A stretch of DNA of 58,484 nt from NCBI GenBank assembly GCA_011620695.1, contig WOYT01000100.1:1-58484 (forward strand), given 5' to 3'. Below, piece by piece: positions 48,377 to 57,234 of this stretch (the stretch's first letter is position 1; each line of letters opens with the position of its first letter). The notes below the pieces were generated by a model. That model was given only the letters and a program-made list of their open reading frames with translations. It was not told where the DNA came from and made no database searches. Both the position numbers and the translations under genes were made by a program. Source of the DNA: Proteiniphilum sp. (GTDB lineage: Bacteria; Bacteroidota; Bacteroidia; Bacteroidales; Dysgonomonadaceae).

Positions 48377-49873
48377 TTATTCATTCTCCTCCGGCTGCGC
48401 TTCACTCCTGCGCCCCTCCTCAGGATCGGGTGAGCTGCCCTCAGTGGCCGGAGCTTCATCATTCGTGATTGCTTCCGTCAACTCCTGTGTCCTCTGTTGT
48501 TCCACACGCTCGATCTGCTCTTTCAGATAGGAGGAGATGATATCGCTTCCTTCGGGAGTATCCTCCGCACGCTTGTACTCCTTTCCGGTGGGTGTGGCTG
48601 GTATGGGTTTTTTCCCCACCACCAGCTGCTTACCGATTCCGATCCTGTTTGAGGTCAGTCCGTTCCAGGATTTCAGTTGAGCCAGACTAATCCCGTTTCT
48701 GCGGGCAATGGTGGATAGATTGTCACCCCGCTTCACCCGGTAGTAGATATTTTCACCGCTTGCGCTCCCGGATGCCATGACACCATTCAGATAGTTCTCG
48801 GTGTTGGTGCGATGTGGATGATAGATGTTCCTGTTGTATGCAAGGATTTCACCTTCCCTCTCCACAAAGGCATACATTTTTTCAGATGGAAGCACCAGCG
48901 CATAGGGTTTGAAGTTGCCGGGGATCACATCTTTTCTGAATTGCGGGTTGAGACGCCTCAACTCCTCCACCGATATCTCCAGCACGGCTGAGATCTGACT
49001 CAGGTGCATCCGTTCGTTCACCAGAACCGTATCAAGAGCTGACACAGAAGCATGCACATATGCCGGACAGATATTGTGATCGGCATAGTACTGCATGATG
49101 TAGTTGGCCGCGATGAATGCCGGCACATACCCTCTTGTTTCACGCGGCAGATTGTAATAGATCGCCCAGTAGTCCCGTTTCCCGCCACTGCGGGCAATCG
49201 CTTTGTTCACGTTTCCAGGTCCGCAATTGTAGGCAGCAATCACCAGGTTCCAGTCCTGGTAGATGGCATACAGGTCTTTCAGATAGCGCACAGCTGCCTC
49301 GGTGGCTTTATAGGGATCTCTTCGCTCGTCCACGAGACTGTTCACCTCCAGACCATATCCTTTGCCGGTGCGCAGCATAAACTGCCAGAGGCCGGTAGCC
49401 CCGGCCCGTGAGACCGCAACCGGATTGAGTGCCGATTCGATCACCGGCAGATACTTCAGTTCCAGGGGGAGACCCTCCCTGTCGAGGGCCTGTTCAAACA
49501 GCGGAAAGTAATAGTCGCCCAGGGCAAGCATATAGCTCACCTGCTCCCTGCGGCGGGAGGCATACATCTCGATGTATCGCTTCACCACACTGTTGAAGGA
49601 GAGCTCCATCACCGTGGGCATGCGGTGAAGCCGGGAGATATAGGCAGAATCAGGAAAAAGGACATTTGTCCCTCTGCTGCACTCCTCGTCGTTTACGGTT
49701 AGATCGATCTGCCAGTCACGGAGGAGGTTGCTGAGCTCACCGGTCATGCTTTCGGGAAAGAGAATGGCATTGTCGGTAATGGTGTCGCTCTCAACCAGAG
49801 TTGTATCCTGAGCATTCACAAAGGAGATCAACCAGATGGAGCAGAGCAGAAACAGGATTCTCTTTTTCTTCAT
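48377..49873 (-). CDS. mltD: Lytic murein transglycosylase with LysM (MltD-like)
   Basis: Motifs LPVIESALNP.AVS.AGATGLWQFM, DERRD, AAYNCG.G and ETRGYVP; LysM YRVKRGDNLSTIARR. Confidence 0.9.
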   Translation of the reverse strand: MKKKRILFLLCSIWLISFVNAQDTTLVESDTITDNAILFPESMTGELSNLLRDWQIDLTVNDEECSRGTNVLFPDSAYISRLHRMPTVMELSFNSVVKRYIEMYASRRREQVSYMLALGDYYFPLFEQALDREGLPLELKYLPVIESALNPVAVSRAGATGLWQFMLRTGKGYGLEVNSLVDERRDPYKATEAAVRYLKDLYAIYQDWNLVIAAYNCGPGNVNKAIARSGGKRDYWAIYYNLPRETRGYVPAFIAANYIMQYYADHNICPAYVHASVSALDTVLVNERMHLSQISAVLEISVEELRRLNPQFRKDVIPGNFKPYALVLPSEKMYAFVEREGEILAYNRNIYHPHRTNTENYLNGVMASGSASGENIYYRVKRGDNLSTIARRNGISLAQLKSWNGLTSNRIGIGKQLVVGKKPIPATPTGKEYKRAEDTPEGSDIISSYLKEQIERVEQQRTQELTEAITNDEAPATEGSSPDPEEGRRSEAQPEENE

Positions 49874-49953
49874 AGGTCAGTTATTTTTTTATGTTGCTCC
49901 CGGCGACCCTTTGAAAGGGGTTATGCTGTGACAGATTCAACAACCGGGAATAG

Positions 49954-50718
49954 CTAAAAATTAAAGCTAAATTGTAATCCGTAAGATGAGGCGGCCAACA
50001 TACCCGCCTGCTGTTCTCTGAGAAGCGCTGGTGCCACCCGTAACGAAAGATCGGTGCTCATGTCAAAATCGAACAGCTGGGCATCCACATAGGCATCAAC
50101 CATTGCCAGCATATACAAAGCAACAGAACCAATGATGCTCAGATCACGATAATATCGGTAATAATCTTTTCTCTTCTGCAACACATCGGTGAACCATGCC
50201 TGATCAATGGTTTCAGGATCTCTTCCATATGGCAGCAGATTGTGCCAACGGTTGGTTTCAGGATTGCTGTCCATGATATCCTGATAGGCTCCCAGGTAAT
50301 CACGATACATTCCGTTGTTCCAGGTGATGGCATAGGTGAATCCCACAAAACCACCATAGAGAATGGGCAACTTCCAGTATTTTCGGTTATATACCTGCCC
50401 CATACCGGGGAAGAGGGCTGAATAGATCACCGCCTTACGGGGAGAGGGCTTAAAGATTTGGATGGGTGCAAAAAAGGCATCTGAAATGGTATCGCTGAGC
50501 AGCATACCGGTTGTCGCAGCTCTCTGGTCACTGTCAGCAACAACAACCGTGTCAACCTCATTGGAGATTGTGATCGAGTCAGCCGGAACAAGGGAACTCC
50601 TTTCCTGCTGCAACCGTTCATTGCCGAGCTGCAGTTCCTGCGGCGTATGCTCCTGTGCCTGCAGCAGGGTTGAGCCAAAGGTGAATAACAGACCGAAAAG
50701 AATTGCTCCTGGCTTCAT
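49954..50718 (-). CDS. DUF5683-family protein
   Basis: Motifs P.KA..YSALFPGMGQVYNRKYWKLPI and DAYVDAQL.DFD, between parB and mltD. Confidence 0.78.
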   Translation of the reverse strand: MKPGAILFGLLFTFGSTLLQAQEHTPQELQLGNERLQQERSSLVPADSITISNEVDTVVVADSDQRAATTGMLLSDTISDAFFAPIQIFKPSPRKAVIYSALFPGMGQVYNRKYWKLPILYGGFVGFTYAITWNNGMYRDYLGAYQDIMDSNPETNRWHNLLPYGRDPETIDQAWFTDVLQKRKDYYRYYRDLSIIGSVALYMLAMVDAYVDAQLFDFDMSTDLSLRVAPALLREQQAGMLAASSYGLQFSFNF

Positions 50719-50725
50719 CCTGCTC

Positions 50726-51628
50726 TCATTTATTCATTTTGTCGAACATCACGATCAGCCGCTCCAGCTCCTCCGGAGAGTGAAACGGGATGGTGATCTT
50801 CCCTTTCCCGTTCTTGTTGCAGGTGAATTGCACGTCGGTCCGGAAATAGGAGGAGAGGTGTTGTTTCAACGCTTCGAATTCGCCCGATTGCTTCTGCCCG
50901 GAGAGCGTCTGTCCGGTTTTTTTCTTTTTTGCTGCAGGCTGTTTGTCCCCATCTTGCTCATCATTCTGCTCCCGCACCATCCTCTCCACCATGCGCACCG
51001 AGAGACCCTCCTCGATGATCTTGTTGTAAATGGCAAGTTGCTTTACAGGATCATCAATGGTGACCAGTGCACGGGCATGTCCCATCTCGATTTTCTTATC
51101 CTTGACACCCATCTGCACTTCAGCAGGCAGCTTCAGTAGGCGAAGGTAGTTGGCAACCGTTGCTCTTTTCTTGCCCACCCGTTCACTCAATTGTTCCTGC
51201 GTGAGGGAGAGCGTTTTGATGAGTGTCTGATAGGCCAGTGCAATTTCGATGGAGTTGAGGTCCTCCCGTTGAATATTCTCTATGAGCGCCATCTCCATGG
51301 TCTCATCTTCATCGGCGGTCTTGATGTAAGCCGGGATAGAATACAGACCAGCCATCTGAGAAGCACGATAACGTCTTTCGCCTGCAATGATCTGGTAGCT
51401 GTCATCATCCAGCTTACGCAACGTGACGGGCTGGATCAAACCGATTGAGCGGATGGAGGCGGCCAACTCCTGTAACCCCTCCTCACTGAACATCCTCCTT
51501 GGTTGGTCGGGATTGGGTATGATCTTATCCAGATCCACCTCACTGATAGAGGATGAGCCACTGGCTTCACTCTCATTAAATGAGATCAATGCGTCCAGAC
51601 CTCTTCCTAATGCATTTTTTTTCGCCAT
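50726..51628 (-). CDS. parB: Chromosome partitioning protein ParB
   Basis: Motifs ALGRGLDAL, PNPDQPR, IAGERRYRA, ALIENIQREDL, HTH and GHARAL; TAACTTTG promoter at 51649-51656. Confidence 0.95.
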   Translation of the reverse strand: MAKKNALGRGLDALISFNESEASGSSSISEVDLDKIIPNPDQPRRMFSEEGLQELAASIRSIGLIQPVTLRKLDDDSYQIIAGERRYRASQMAGLYSIPAYIKTADEDETMEMALIENIQREDLNSIEIALAYQTLIKTLSLTQEQLSERVGKKRATVANYLRLLKLPAEVQMGVKDKKIEMGHARALVTIDDPVKQLAIYNKIIEEGLSVRMVERMVREQNDEQDGDKQPAAKKKKTGQTLSGQKQSGEFEALKQHLSSYFRTDVQFTCNKNGKGKITIPFHSPEELERLIVMFDKMNK

Positions 51629-51653
51629 CGTTCATCGGGTTATGGGTGCAAAG

Positions 51654-52418
51654 TTAGGAATTTTTTTCGATAAGCTCCTGCGCCAGTTGAATGTGGTTGA
51701 TGGCTCCACGAGAGCCGGCATCATACATCAGAGCCGGCTTGGCATGACTTTGTGACTCGCTGAGCGTGATGTTGCGTTGAATGACGGTGGTGAAGACCAA
51801 CTCCTTGAAGTGATGCTGCACCTCTTCATAGATCTGGTTGTGGAGCCGCAGACGGGAGTCATACATGGTGAGGACAAATCCTTCAATCTCCAGCCGCCTG
51901 TTCAGTTTCGACTTGATGATCTTGATGGTGTTTAGCAGCTTGCTCAACCCCTCCAGAGCGAAATACTCACATTGTACCGGGATCATTACTGAATCGGCAG
52001 CGGTGAGGGCGTTGACCGTGATGATCCCCAGCGATGGAGAGCAGTCAATCAGAATATAATCATAGGCATTACTGAGTGGCAGTAACAGATCGTGCAGTCT
52101 TCTCTCCCGGTTCTCCATCTGTACCATCTCCAGCTCCGCTCCTACCAGGTTGATGTGAGAGGAGATGATGTCGATGTTTTCAAACGGAGTGTGGTGCACC
52201 GACTCCTGCGGTGAGCACTTCCCGATCAGACCCTCATAAATGGTGTGCTTGACCTGTTTGATGTCGATACCCAATCCGGAGGAGGCATTTGCCTGCGGAT
52301 CAGCGTCCACAACAAGTACCTTTTTTTCCAGAGCAGCCAGTGATGCCGCCAGGTTAATCGTGGTGGTGGTTTTACCTACCCCTCCTTTTTGATTTGCTAA
52401 TGCAATGATTCTACCCAT
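51654..52418 (-). CDS. parA: Chromosome partitioning ATPase ParA/Soj
   Basis: Motifs NQKGGVGKTTT, DADPQAN, IDCSPSLG, PVQCEYFALEG and TMYD.R. Confidence 0.95.
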   Translation of the reverse strand: MGRIIALANQKGGVGKTTTTINLAASLAALEKKVLVVDADPQANASSGLGIDIKQVKHTIYEGLIGKCSPQESVHHTPFENIDIISSHINLVGAELEMVQMENRERRLHDLLLPLSNAYDYILIDCSPSLGIITVNALTAADSVMIPVQCEYFALEGLSKLLNTIKIIKSKLNRRLEIEGFVLTMYDSRLRLHNQIYEEVQHHFKELVFTTVIQRNITLSESQSHAKPALMYDAGSRGAINHIQLAQELIEKNS

Positions 52419-52612
52419 ATAACCTCATTTACAGCCACCTTCCTTTTTTTTCATCACAGAAAAGTGAGGGAAAGCCTGGGAAAAAGATCCGAACGCTCTC
52501 AAAGGGGCACTTTTGGGGGCAAAATAAGCAATAATTCAAACAATACTATGTTAATTAATGAAAAGGTTCTCTTTTTTGTTGATAAATCAGAAGAATGATT
52601 GTCATTTTCAGT

Positions 52613-53944
52613 TCATTCCCACAGGAAATCGGTATCCTTGTCATGATGCCCCAGGAGATTATCTTTCTGGAAGAAAAACTGCTCTTCGCCAAATGCGGGT
52701 ACCAACTCATCGAACCAGGTGGCTTTCTTATCATATTTCGCAAAGAAAGGAATATCAACCAGGTTGGGATTGCGGCACTGAATGAAACGAAGCACAAACA
52801 CTTTCTCCCCCTGTACCTCCGTCACACCCAGTATCTGAATCTTGCCCGGGTTGGCACTCATGCTGGGACCACGTACTGTTCGGGCCACACCACTTACGTT
52901 GCTGTAAGCCTTGCGAAAGATATTCCATGCTTTCTCCAGGGGCACATCAAAGAAAGCCTTTGATCCGGTGTCGCGTGCCACGAACATGTAATAAGGAATC
53001 AGTCCCAAATTGACCTGTTCTCTCCACATCGTTGCCCACACCTGTGGATCATCGTTGATATGCCGCAACAACGGCGATTGCGTTCTGATTTGTGCGCCGG
53101 TATTGCGGATCCGGTCAATGGCCTGCTTCACCGCATCGGTGGAAAGCTCCACAGGATGATTGAAATGAGCCTGGAAAGCAAGATGCTTACCCGCCTTGGT
53201 CACCTTTTCAAACAGTCGCATCAGCTCATCGGCATCTTTGTCGGTAAGGAAGCGATAGGGCCAGTATCCCAAAGTTTTAGACCCGATGCGAATGGTATGG
53301 ATGTGCGCATATTCTTTTGTCAACAGGGGCTCAATATAGGCCGACAGAATGCCGGCCTTTGCCGTAAGCGGATCACCTCCGGTAAAGAGCACATCACTCA
53401 CCCTGGTATGCTTTTTCAAATAACGGTGCAGCAGATCAGCCTCCTTCATGGCAAACTTCAGCTCATTCATTCCGGAGAACTGAGGCCAGCGGAAACAGAA
53501 AGTACAGTATGCATGACAGGTCTGCCCCTGGCTGGGGAAGAACAGCACCGTTTCGCGGTACTTGTGTTGCATCCCATGCAGTTTGATGCCATCGATGGAG
53601 GGCACGTTGTGTTCCTGACCGGCAGGGTTGGGATTCAGTTTGAGGCGAATATCATATACCTGCTGCTTCAATCCTGCCTCATCGTTGCTATCGAGCAATC
53701 TTTTCACCTGTTCATATTGTGCACTGGCAAGCATCTCCTTGCGTGGAAAAGTGAGTGTGAAGATGGGATCGTTGGGCACATTGTCCCAGTCGATCAACTC
53801 CTCCACCACATAATTGTTAGACTTAAAGGGGAGTACATGACCCACCACCCTGATTGCCTCCCGCTCCTCATTGGACAGTTTTTGTAATTGTGGTAAGTCG
53901 TTGTAGTTGCGAAGAATAAAATTCCTGTATTTCCTGGTTTCCAT
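52613..53944 (-). CDS. KamA-family radical-SAM/PLP aminomutase of uncertain substrate
   Basis: Motifs HKYRETVL, CHAYCTFCFR (CxxxCxxC), VLFTGGDPL, IRIGSK, HFNHP.EL, QSPLL..IND, PYYMF and a candidate PLP lysine in ANPGK. Confidence 0.85.
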   Translation of the reverse strand: METRKYRNFILRNYNDLPQLQKLSNEEREAIRVVGHVLPFKSNNYVVEELIDWDNVPNDPIFTLTFPRKEMLASAQYEQVKRLLDSNDEAGLKQQVYDIRLKLNPNPAGQEHNVPSIDGIKLHGMQHKYRETVLFFPSQGQTCHAYCTFCFRWPQFSGMNELKFAMKEADLLHRYLKKHTRVSDVLFTGGDPLTAKAGILSAYIEPLLTKEYAHIHTIRIGSKTLGYWPYRFLTDKDADELMRLFEKVTKAGKHLAFQAHFNHPVELSTDAVKQAIDRIRNTGAQIRTQSPLLRHINDDPQVWATMWREQVNLGLIPYYMFVARDTGSKAFFDVPLEKAWNIFRKAYSNVSGVARTVRGPSMSANPGKIQILGVTEVQGEKVFVLRFIQCRNPNLVDIPFFAKYDKKATWFDELVPAFGEEQFFFQKDNLLGHHDKDTDFLWE

Positions 53945-54179
53945 TTTGAATCGTTGTTATGTGAATTGATGAACCACTGAAGGCAAAAAATCCAGTCAAA
54001 AAGGGATGGATATAAAAGTGATGCAGTTCAGAAAAACAAAAATAATAAAAACGTATCAAAAAGACAAATTTTTACATTCATTAAATAGGGTTTCAGCAGT
54101 ATCGTTAACAGATTGTTTGTTTTCACTTCTGAAGGATAGATTTTTTTCATTAAACAACCCTATTTACAAATATATTGAT

Positions 54180-54187
54180 TACTTTTG
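54180..54187 (+). promoter_or_regulatory. -7 promoter element for the arg leader/operon
   Basis: TACTTTTG(C) at the end of an AT-rich spacer, 7 nt before the leader ATG. Confidence 0.6.
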
Positions 54188-54194
54188 CCTCACA

Positions 54195-54260
54195 ATGAGT
54201 ATGACAGTTTCACATACACACTTCCGCAAAGCAACAGACCTGGTCCGACGATGCTTTTAA
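54195..54260 (+). CDS. Putative arg-operon leader peptide MSMTVSHTHFRKATDLVRRCF (alternative start 54201)
   Basis: A short ORF immediately after the promoter with Arg codons CGC and tandem CGA-CGA near its stop, 95 nt upstream of the first arg gene. Confidence 0.55.
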   Translation: MSMTVSHTHFRKATDLVRRCF

Positions 54261-54355
54261 CAAATGCAGGCAATCCAACGCCTGTATCTCACCCGCTTTA
54301 CACGTCGGTCAGTCGGCGTCAATCAACAACCATTTAATATTATTTTTGTTTTAGG

Positions 54356-54973
54356 ATGAATGTAGAAATTCATATAGCCAATAGCAGCTACATAGGGTAC
54401 GCGCAGGAGATCTGCGACCTGATCTATGAATCGGCGCAGGCGCGTGGCACCGGCATTGCACGTCGCAGTGCTGAGTATGTGGCAGAAAAAATCAAATCCG
54501 GCAAGGCGGTGATCGCCCTCGACGGGGAACGTCTGGTGGGGTTTGCCTACATTGAGACTTTCAGTCATCAGCGTTTTGTGGCCAACTCTGGTCTGGTGGT
54601 GCATCCCGACTATCGCAACCAGGGCTTCGCAAAAAAAATCAAACGGAAGATCTTCGATCTCTCACGTAAGCTCTACCCCAATGCCAAAATCTTCAGCATC
54701 ACCACCGGATTGGCGGTGATGAAGATGAACACCGAACTGGGCTTCAAACCGGTCACCTTTTCGGAGCTGACCGACGATGCGGAGTTCTGGAAAGGATGCC
54801 AGGGATGTCGCAATTATGATATCCTTCAGCGCAATAACCACAAGATGTGCCTCTGCACCGGCTTGCTGTTCGATCCCAAGGTTAAACCGTTACAGGAAGC
54901 GAGCCCCTTTGCCAGGAAGGTGGTAAAACCAGTTATCAAGAACAGAAAAACAAATAAAATGTTTAAGAAATGA
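54356..54973 (+). CDS. GNAT acyltransferase heading the arg operon (probable N-acylglutamate synthase, ArgA-like)
   Basis: Motifs SA..RGTGIA.R, ANSGL.VHPDYR..G, F.ITTGLAVMK.N and FWKGC.GC.NYDIL...CLCTG; ATGA-coupled to argG. Confidence 0.75.
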   Translation: MNVEIHIANSSYIGYAQEICDLIYESAQARGTGIARRSAEYVAEKIKSGKAVIALDGERLVGFAYIETFSHQRFVANSGLVVHPDYRNQGFAKKIKRKIFDLSRKLYPNAKIFSITTGLAVMKMNTELGFKPVTFSELTDDAEFWKGCQGCRNYDILQRNNHKMCLCTGLLFDPKVKPLQEASPFARKVVKPVIKNRKTNKMFKK

Positions 54974-56166
54974 AAGAAAAAGTAGTACTTGCATTCAGCG
55001 GTGGTCTCGACACCTCGTTTTGTGTACCCTGGCTGATTCATGAAAAAGGGTTGGAGGTGCATACCGTGATTGTGAACACCGGCGGCTTCACTGCCGAAGA
55101 GGCGAAGCAGATTGAAGAGCGTGCCCTCACGCTGGGTGCAGCCTCCCACACCTGCATCGATGCAGTAGCGGATTACTATACACGCGGCATCAAATACCTG
55201 ATCTTCGGGAATGTGTTAAAAAACAACACTTACCCCCTCTCCGTGAGCTCTGAACGCTTCTTCCAGGCAATGGCGGTACTGGATCACGTGAAGAAGGTGA
55301 AGGCACAATATGTGGCACACGGCAGTACTGGTGCCGGCAACGACCAGGTGCGGTTCGACCTGGTATTTGAGGTGTTGGCACCCGAAATAAAAATCATCGC
55401 ACCCATCCGTGAGCTGGCTCTCACGCGCCAGCAGGAGATCGACTACCTGAAGGAGAGGGGATTCGATTTCTCCTGGGAGAAGTCGAAATACTCCATCAAC
55501 CAGGGCATCTGGGGCACCAGCATAGGAGGTGTGGAGACCCTGAAGTCATCCGGTGTCCTGCCCGAGGAGGCTTACCCCTCGCAGGTGACGGCAAGTGGTG
55601 CTGAGCGGATCACCATCGGCTTTGAGAAAGGGGAACCGGTGTCGCTGAATGGTACGGAGATGAAGCCGGTTGAATTGATCCACCAGCTTCACAAAACAGC
55701 CTCCAGATATGGTATCGGTCGTGACGTGCATGTGGGCGATACCATCATCGGCACCAAGGGTCGGGTTGCTTTTGAGGCACCGGCACCGCTGATCATCGTC
55801 AAGGCACATCACCTGCTGGAAAAGCATGTGCTCACCAAACAGCAGCTCTACTGGAAAGATCAGCTCTCCAACTGGTACGGACAGCTGATGCACGAGGCAC
55901 AGTACCTGGAACCGGTGATGCGCAATATCGAGACTTTCCTCACCGATACACAGCAGTATGTGACCGGCGAGGTGCAGGTGGAGCTGCGTCCCTACCACTT
56001 CGCGGTGCTGGGCTGCTCCAGTGACTATGACCTGATGAGCTCCCGGTTTGGTGAATATGGCGAATCCAATAAATCTTTCTCAGGACAGGATGTGGTAGGA
56101 TTCACGAAAGTGATGGCCAATCCATTGAAAATCTACTATACAATTCACGATCATGATCAGAGTTAG
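54970..56166 (+). CDS. argG: Argininosuccinate synthase
   Basis: Motifs VLAFSGGLDTS, AHGSTGAGNDQVRF, APIR, YSIN and KGR..FEAP. Confidence 0.95.
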   Translation: MKEKVVLAFSGGLDTSFCVPWLIHEKGLEVHTVIVNTGGFTAEEAKQIEERALTLGAASHTCIDAVADYYTRGIKYLIFGNVLKNNTYPLSVSSERFFQAMAVLDHVKKVKAQYVAHGSTGAGNDQVRFDLVFEVLAPEIKIIAPIRELALTRQQEIDYLKERGFDFSWEKSKYSINQGIWGTSIGGVETLKSSGVLPEEAYPSQVTASGAERITIGFEKGEPVSLNGTEMKPVELIHQLHKTASRYGIGRDVHVGDTIIGTKGRVAFEAPAPLIIVKAHHLLEKHVLTKQQLYWKDQLSNWYGQLMHEAQYLEPVMRNIETFLTDTQQYVTGEVQVELRPYHFAVLGCSSDYDLMSSRFGEYGESNKSFSGQDVVGFTKVMANPLKIYYTIHDHDQS

Positions 56167-57127
56167 CATTGCAGGGGGCACGGGATACACGGCAGGAGAG
56201 CTGCTGCGCATTCTGCTGCGCCATCCGCAGGTGGAGATTGAGTCGGTGATCAGCAACACCTCTGTGGGGATGCCTGTGGCAGAGACACACCGCGATCTGC
56301 TGGGCGAAACCGGGCTGCTGTTCAGCGAAACCTTCGACCGGCCGGATGTGATCTTTCTCTGTCTGGGGCACGGACTCTCACGTGCTTTTCTGCAGGAGAA
56401 GCAGTTGCCGGAGGGTTGCAGGATCATCGACCTGGGGAGCGACTTCCGCAATGACCCTCATTTTGACGGGAAAGAGTTCTGTTTCGGTCTTTGTGAACTG
56501 AACCGTGAGAAGATACGCAAGGCAGATTATGTAGCCAACCCCGGCTGCTTTGCCACCTCCATCCTGCTGGCCCTTCTGCCCCTGGCAGCTGATGACCTGT
56601 TGAAAGAGGAGATCCACGTGCATGCGATCACCGGTTCCACCGGTGCCGGTAAGAAGCCCGGTGAGACCACCCATTTCAGCTATCGCGACAACAATATCTC
56701 GGTCTATAAACCTTTCACGCACCAGCACCTGGAAGAGATTGGCCACACGCTGAAGGCGGCGGGGAGTAACCATCTGCCACAGATCAATTTCGTGCCGATG
56801 CGGGGTGATTTCACCCGCGGCATCTTCGCCAGCGTTTACACCAAGTGGCATGGCGCATTACCGGAGAAAGAGATGGTTGAACGATACAAGGAGTACTATG
56901 CCTCCTCACCGTTTGTCTTTGTCTCTGACAAGAGCATCAGCCTGAAAGAGGTGGTTAACAGCAACAAGGGATTGCTGCACATTGAGTTTCACAATGGATA
57001 CATCCATATCACCTCCATCATCGACAACCTGGTGAAAGGTGCCTCGGGACAGGCTGTGCAGAATATGAACCTGATGTTCGGCCTTGAGGAATCTACAGGG
57101 CTGAAACTGAAAGGAACTGCTTTTTGA
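56153..57127 (+). CDS. argC: N-acetyl-gamma-glutamyl-phosphate reductase
   Basis: Motifs GGTGYTAGELLR, IDL..DFR, ANPGCFAT, TGSTGAG, HQHL.EI and DNLVKGASGQA.QNMN. Confidence 0.96.
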   Translation: MIRVSIAGGTGYTAGELLRILLRHPQVEIESVISNTSVGMPVAETHRDLLGETGLLFSETFDRPDVIFLCLGHGLSRAFLQEKQLPEGCRIIDLGSDFRNDPHFDGKEFCFGLCELNREKIRKADYVANPGCFATSILLALLPLAADDLLKEEIHVHAITGSTGAGKKPGETTHFSYRDNNISVYKPFTHQHLEEIGHTLKAAGSNHLPQINFVPMRGDFTRGIFASVYTKWHGALPEKEMVERYKEYYASSPFVFVSDKSISLKEVVNSNKGLLHIEFHNGYIHITSIIDNLVKGASGQAVQNMNLMFGLEESTGLKLKGTAF

Positions 57128-57129
57128 TA

Positions 57130-57193
57130 ATTTGAAGATTCGAGGATCTGCTGATGTGCAAATAAGATAATCAACCAATCAACAAATCCCTAT
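57130..57193. repeat. Degenerate octamer-periodic array (8 units each starting AT) with partial self-complementarity
   Basis: ATTTGAAG|ATTCGAGG|ATCTGCTG|ATGTGCAA|ATAAGATA|ATCAACCA|ATCAACAA|ATCCCTAT in the argC-argD spacer. Confidence 0.55.
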
Positions 57194-57234
57194 CAATCAG
57201 GATCTTCGTTTCACTTCTACCAAACAATCAACAA

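Noticed and set aside
52419-52612. AT-rich region upstream of parA with TGTTGATAA (52577-52585) as possible oriC/parS
   Set aside because: Only one imperfect DnaA-box-like 9-mer, no cluster, and no parS palindrome seen
54006-54194. 84-aa track ORF 54006-54260 as a real protein
   Set aside because: Its 5' part is AT-rich promoter DNA upstream of the -7 element; only the last 21 codons are plausible as a leader
54356-54373. ATGAAT-gtagaa-ATTCAT at the GNAT start as an ARG box
   Set aside because: The spacer is 6 nt rather than the 4 nt of the TGAAT-N4-ATTCA consensus, it is a single copy, and it lies inside coding sequence
52613-54973. KamA + GNAT read as an ablA/ablB N-epsilon-acetyl-beta-lysine pathway
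   Set aside because: The genes are divergent, and the GNAT is coupled to argG and has the Bacteroidota ArgA-like motifs rather than AblB architecture
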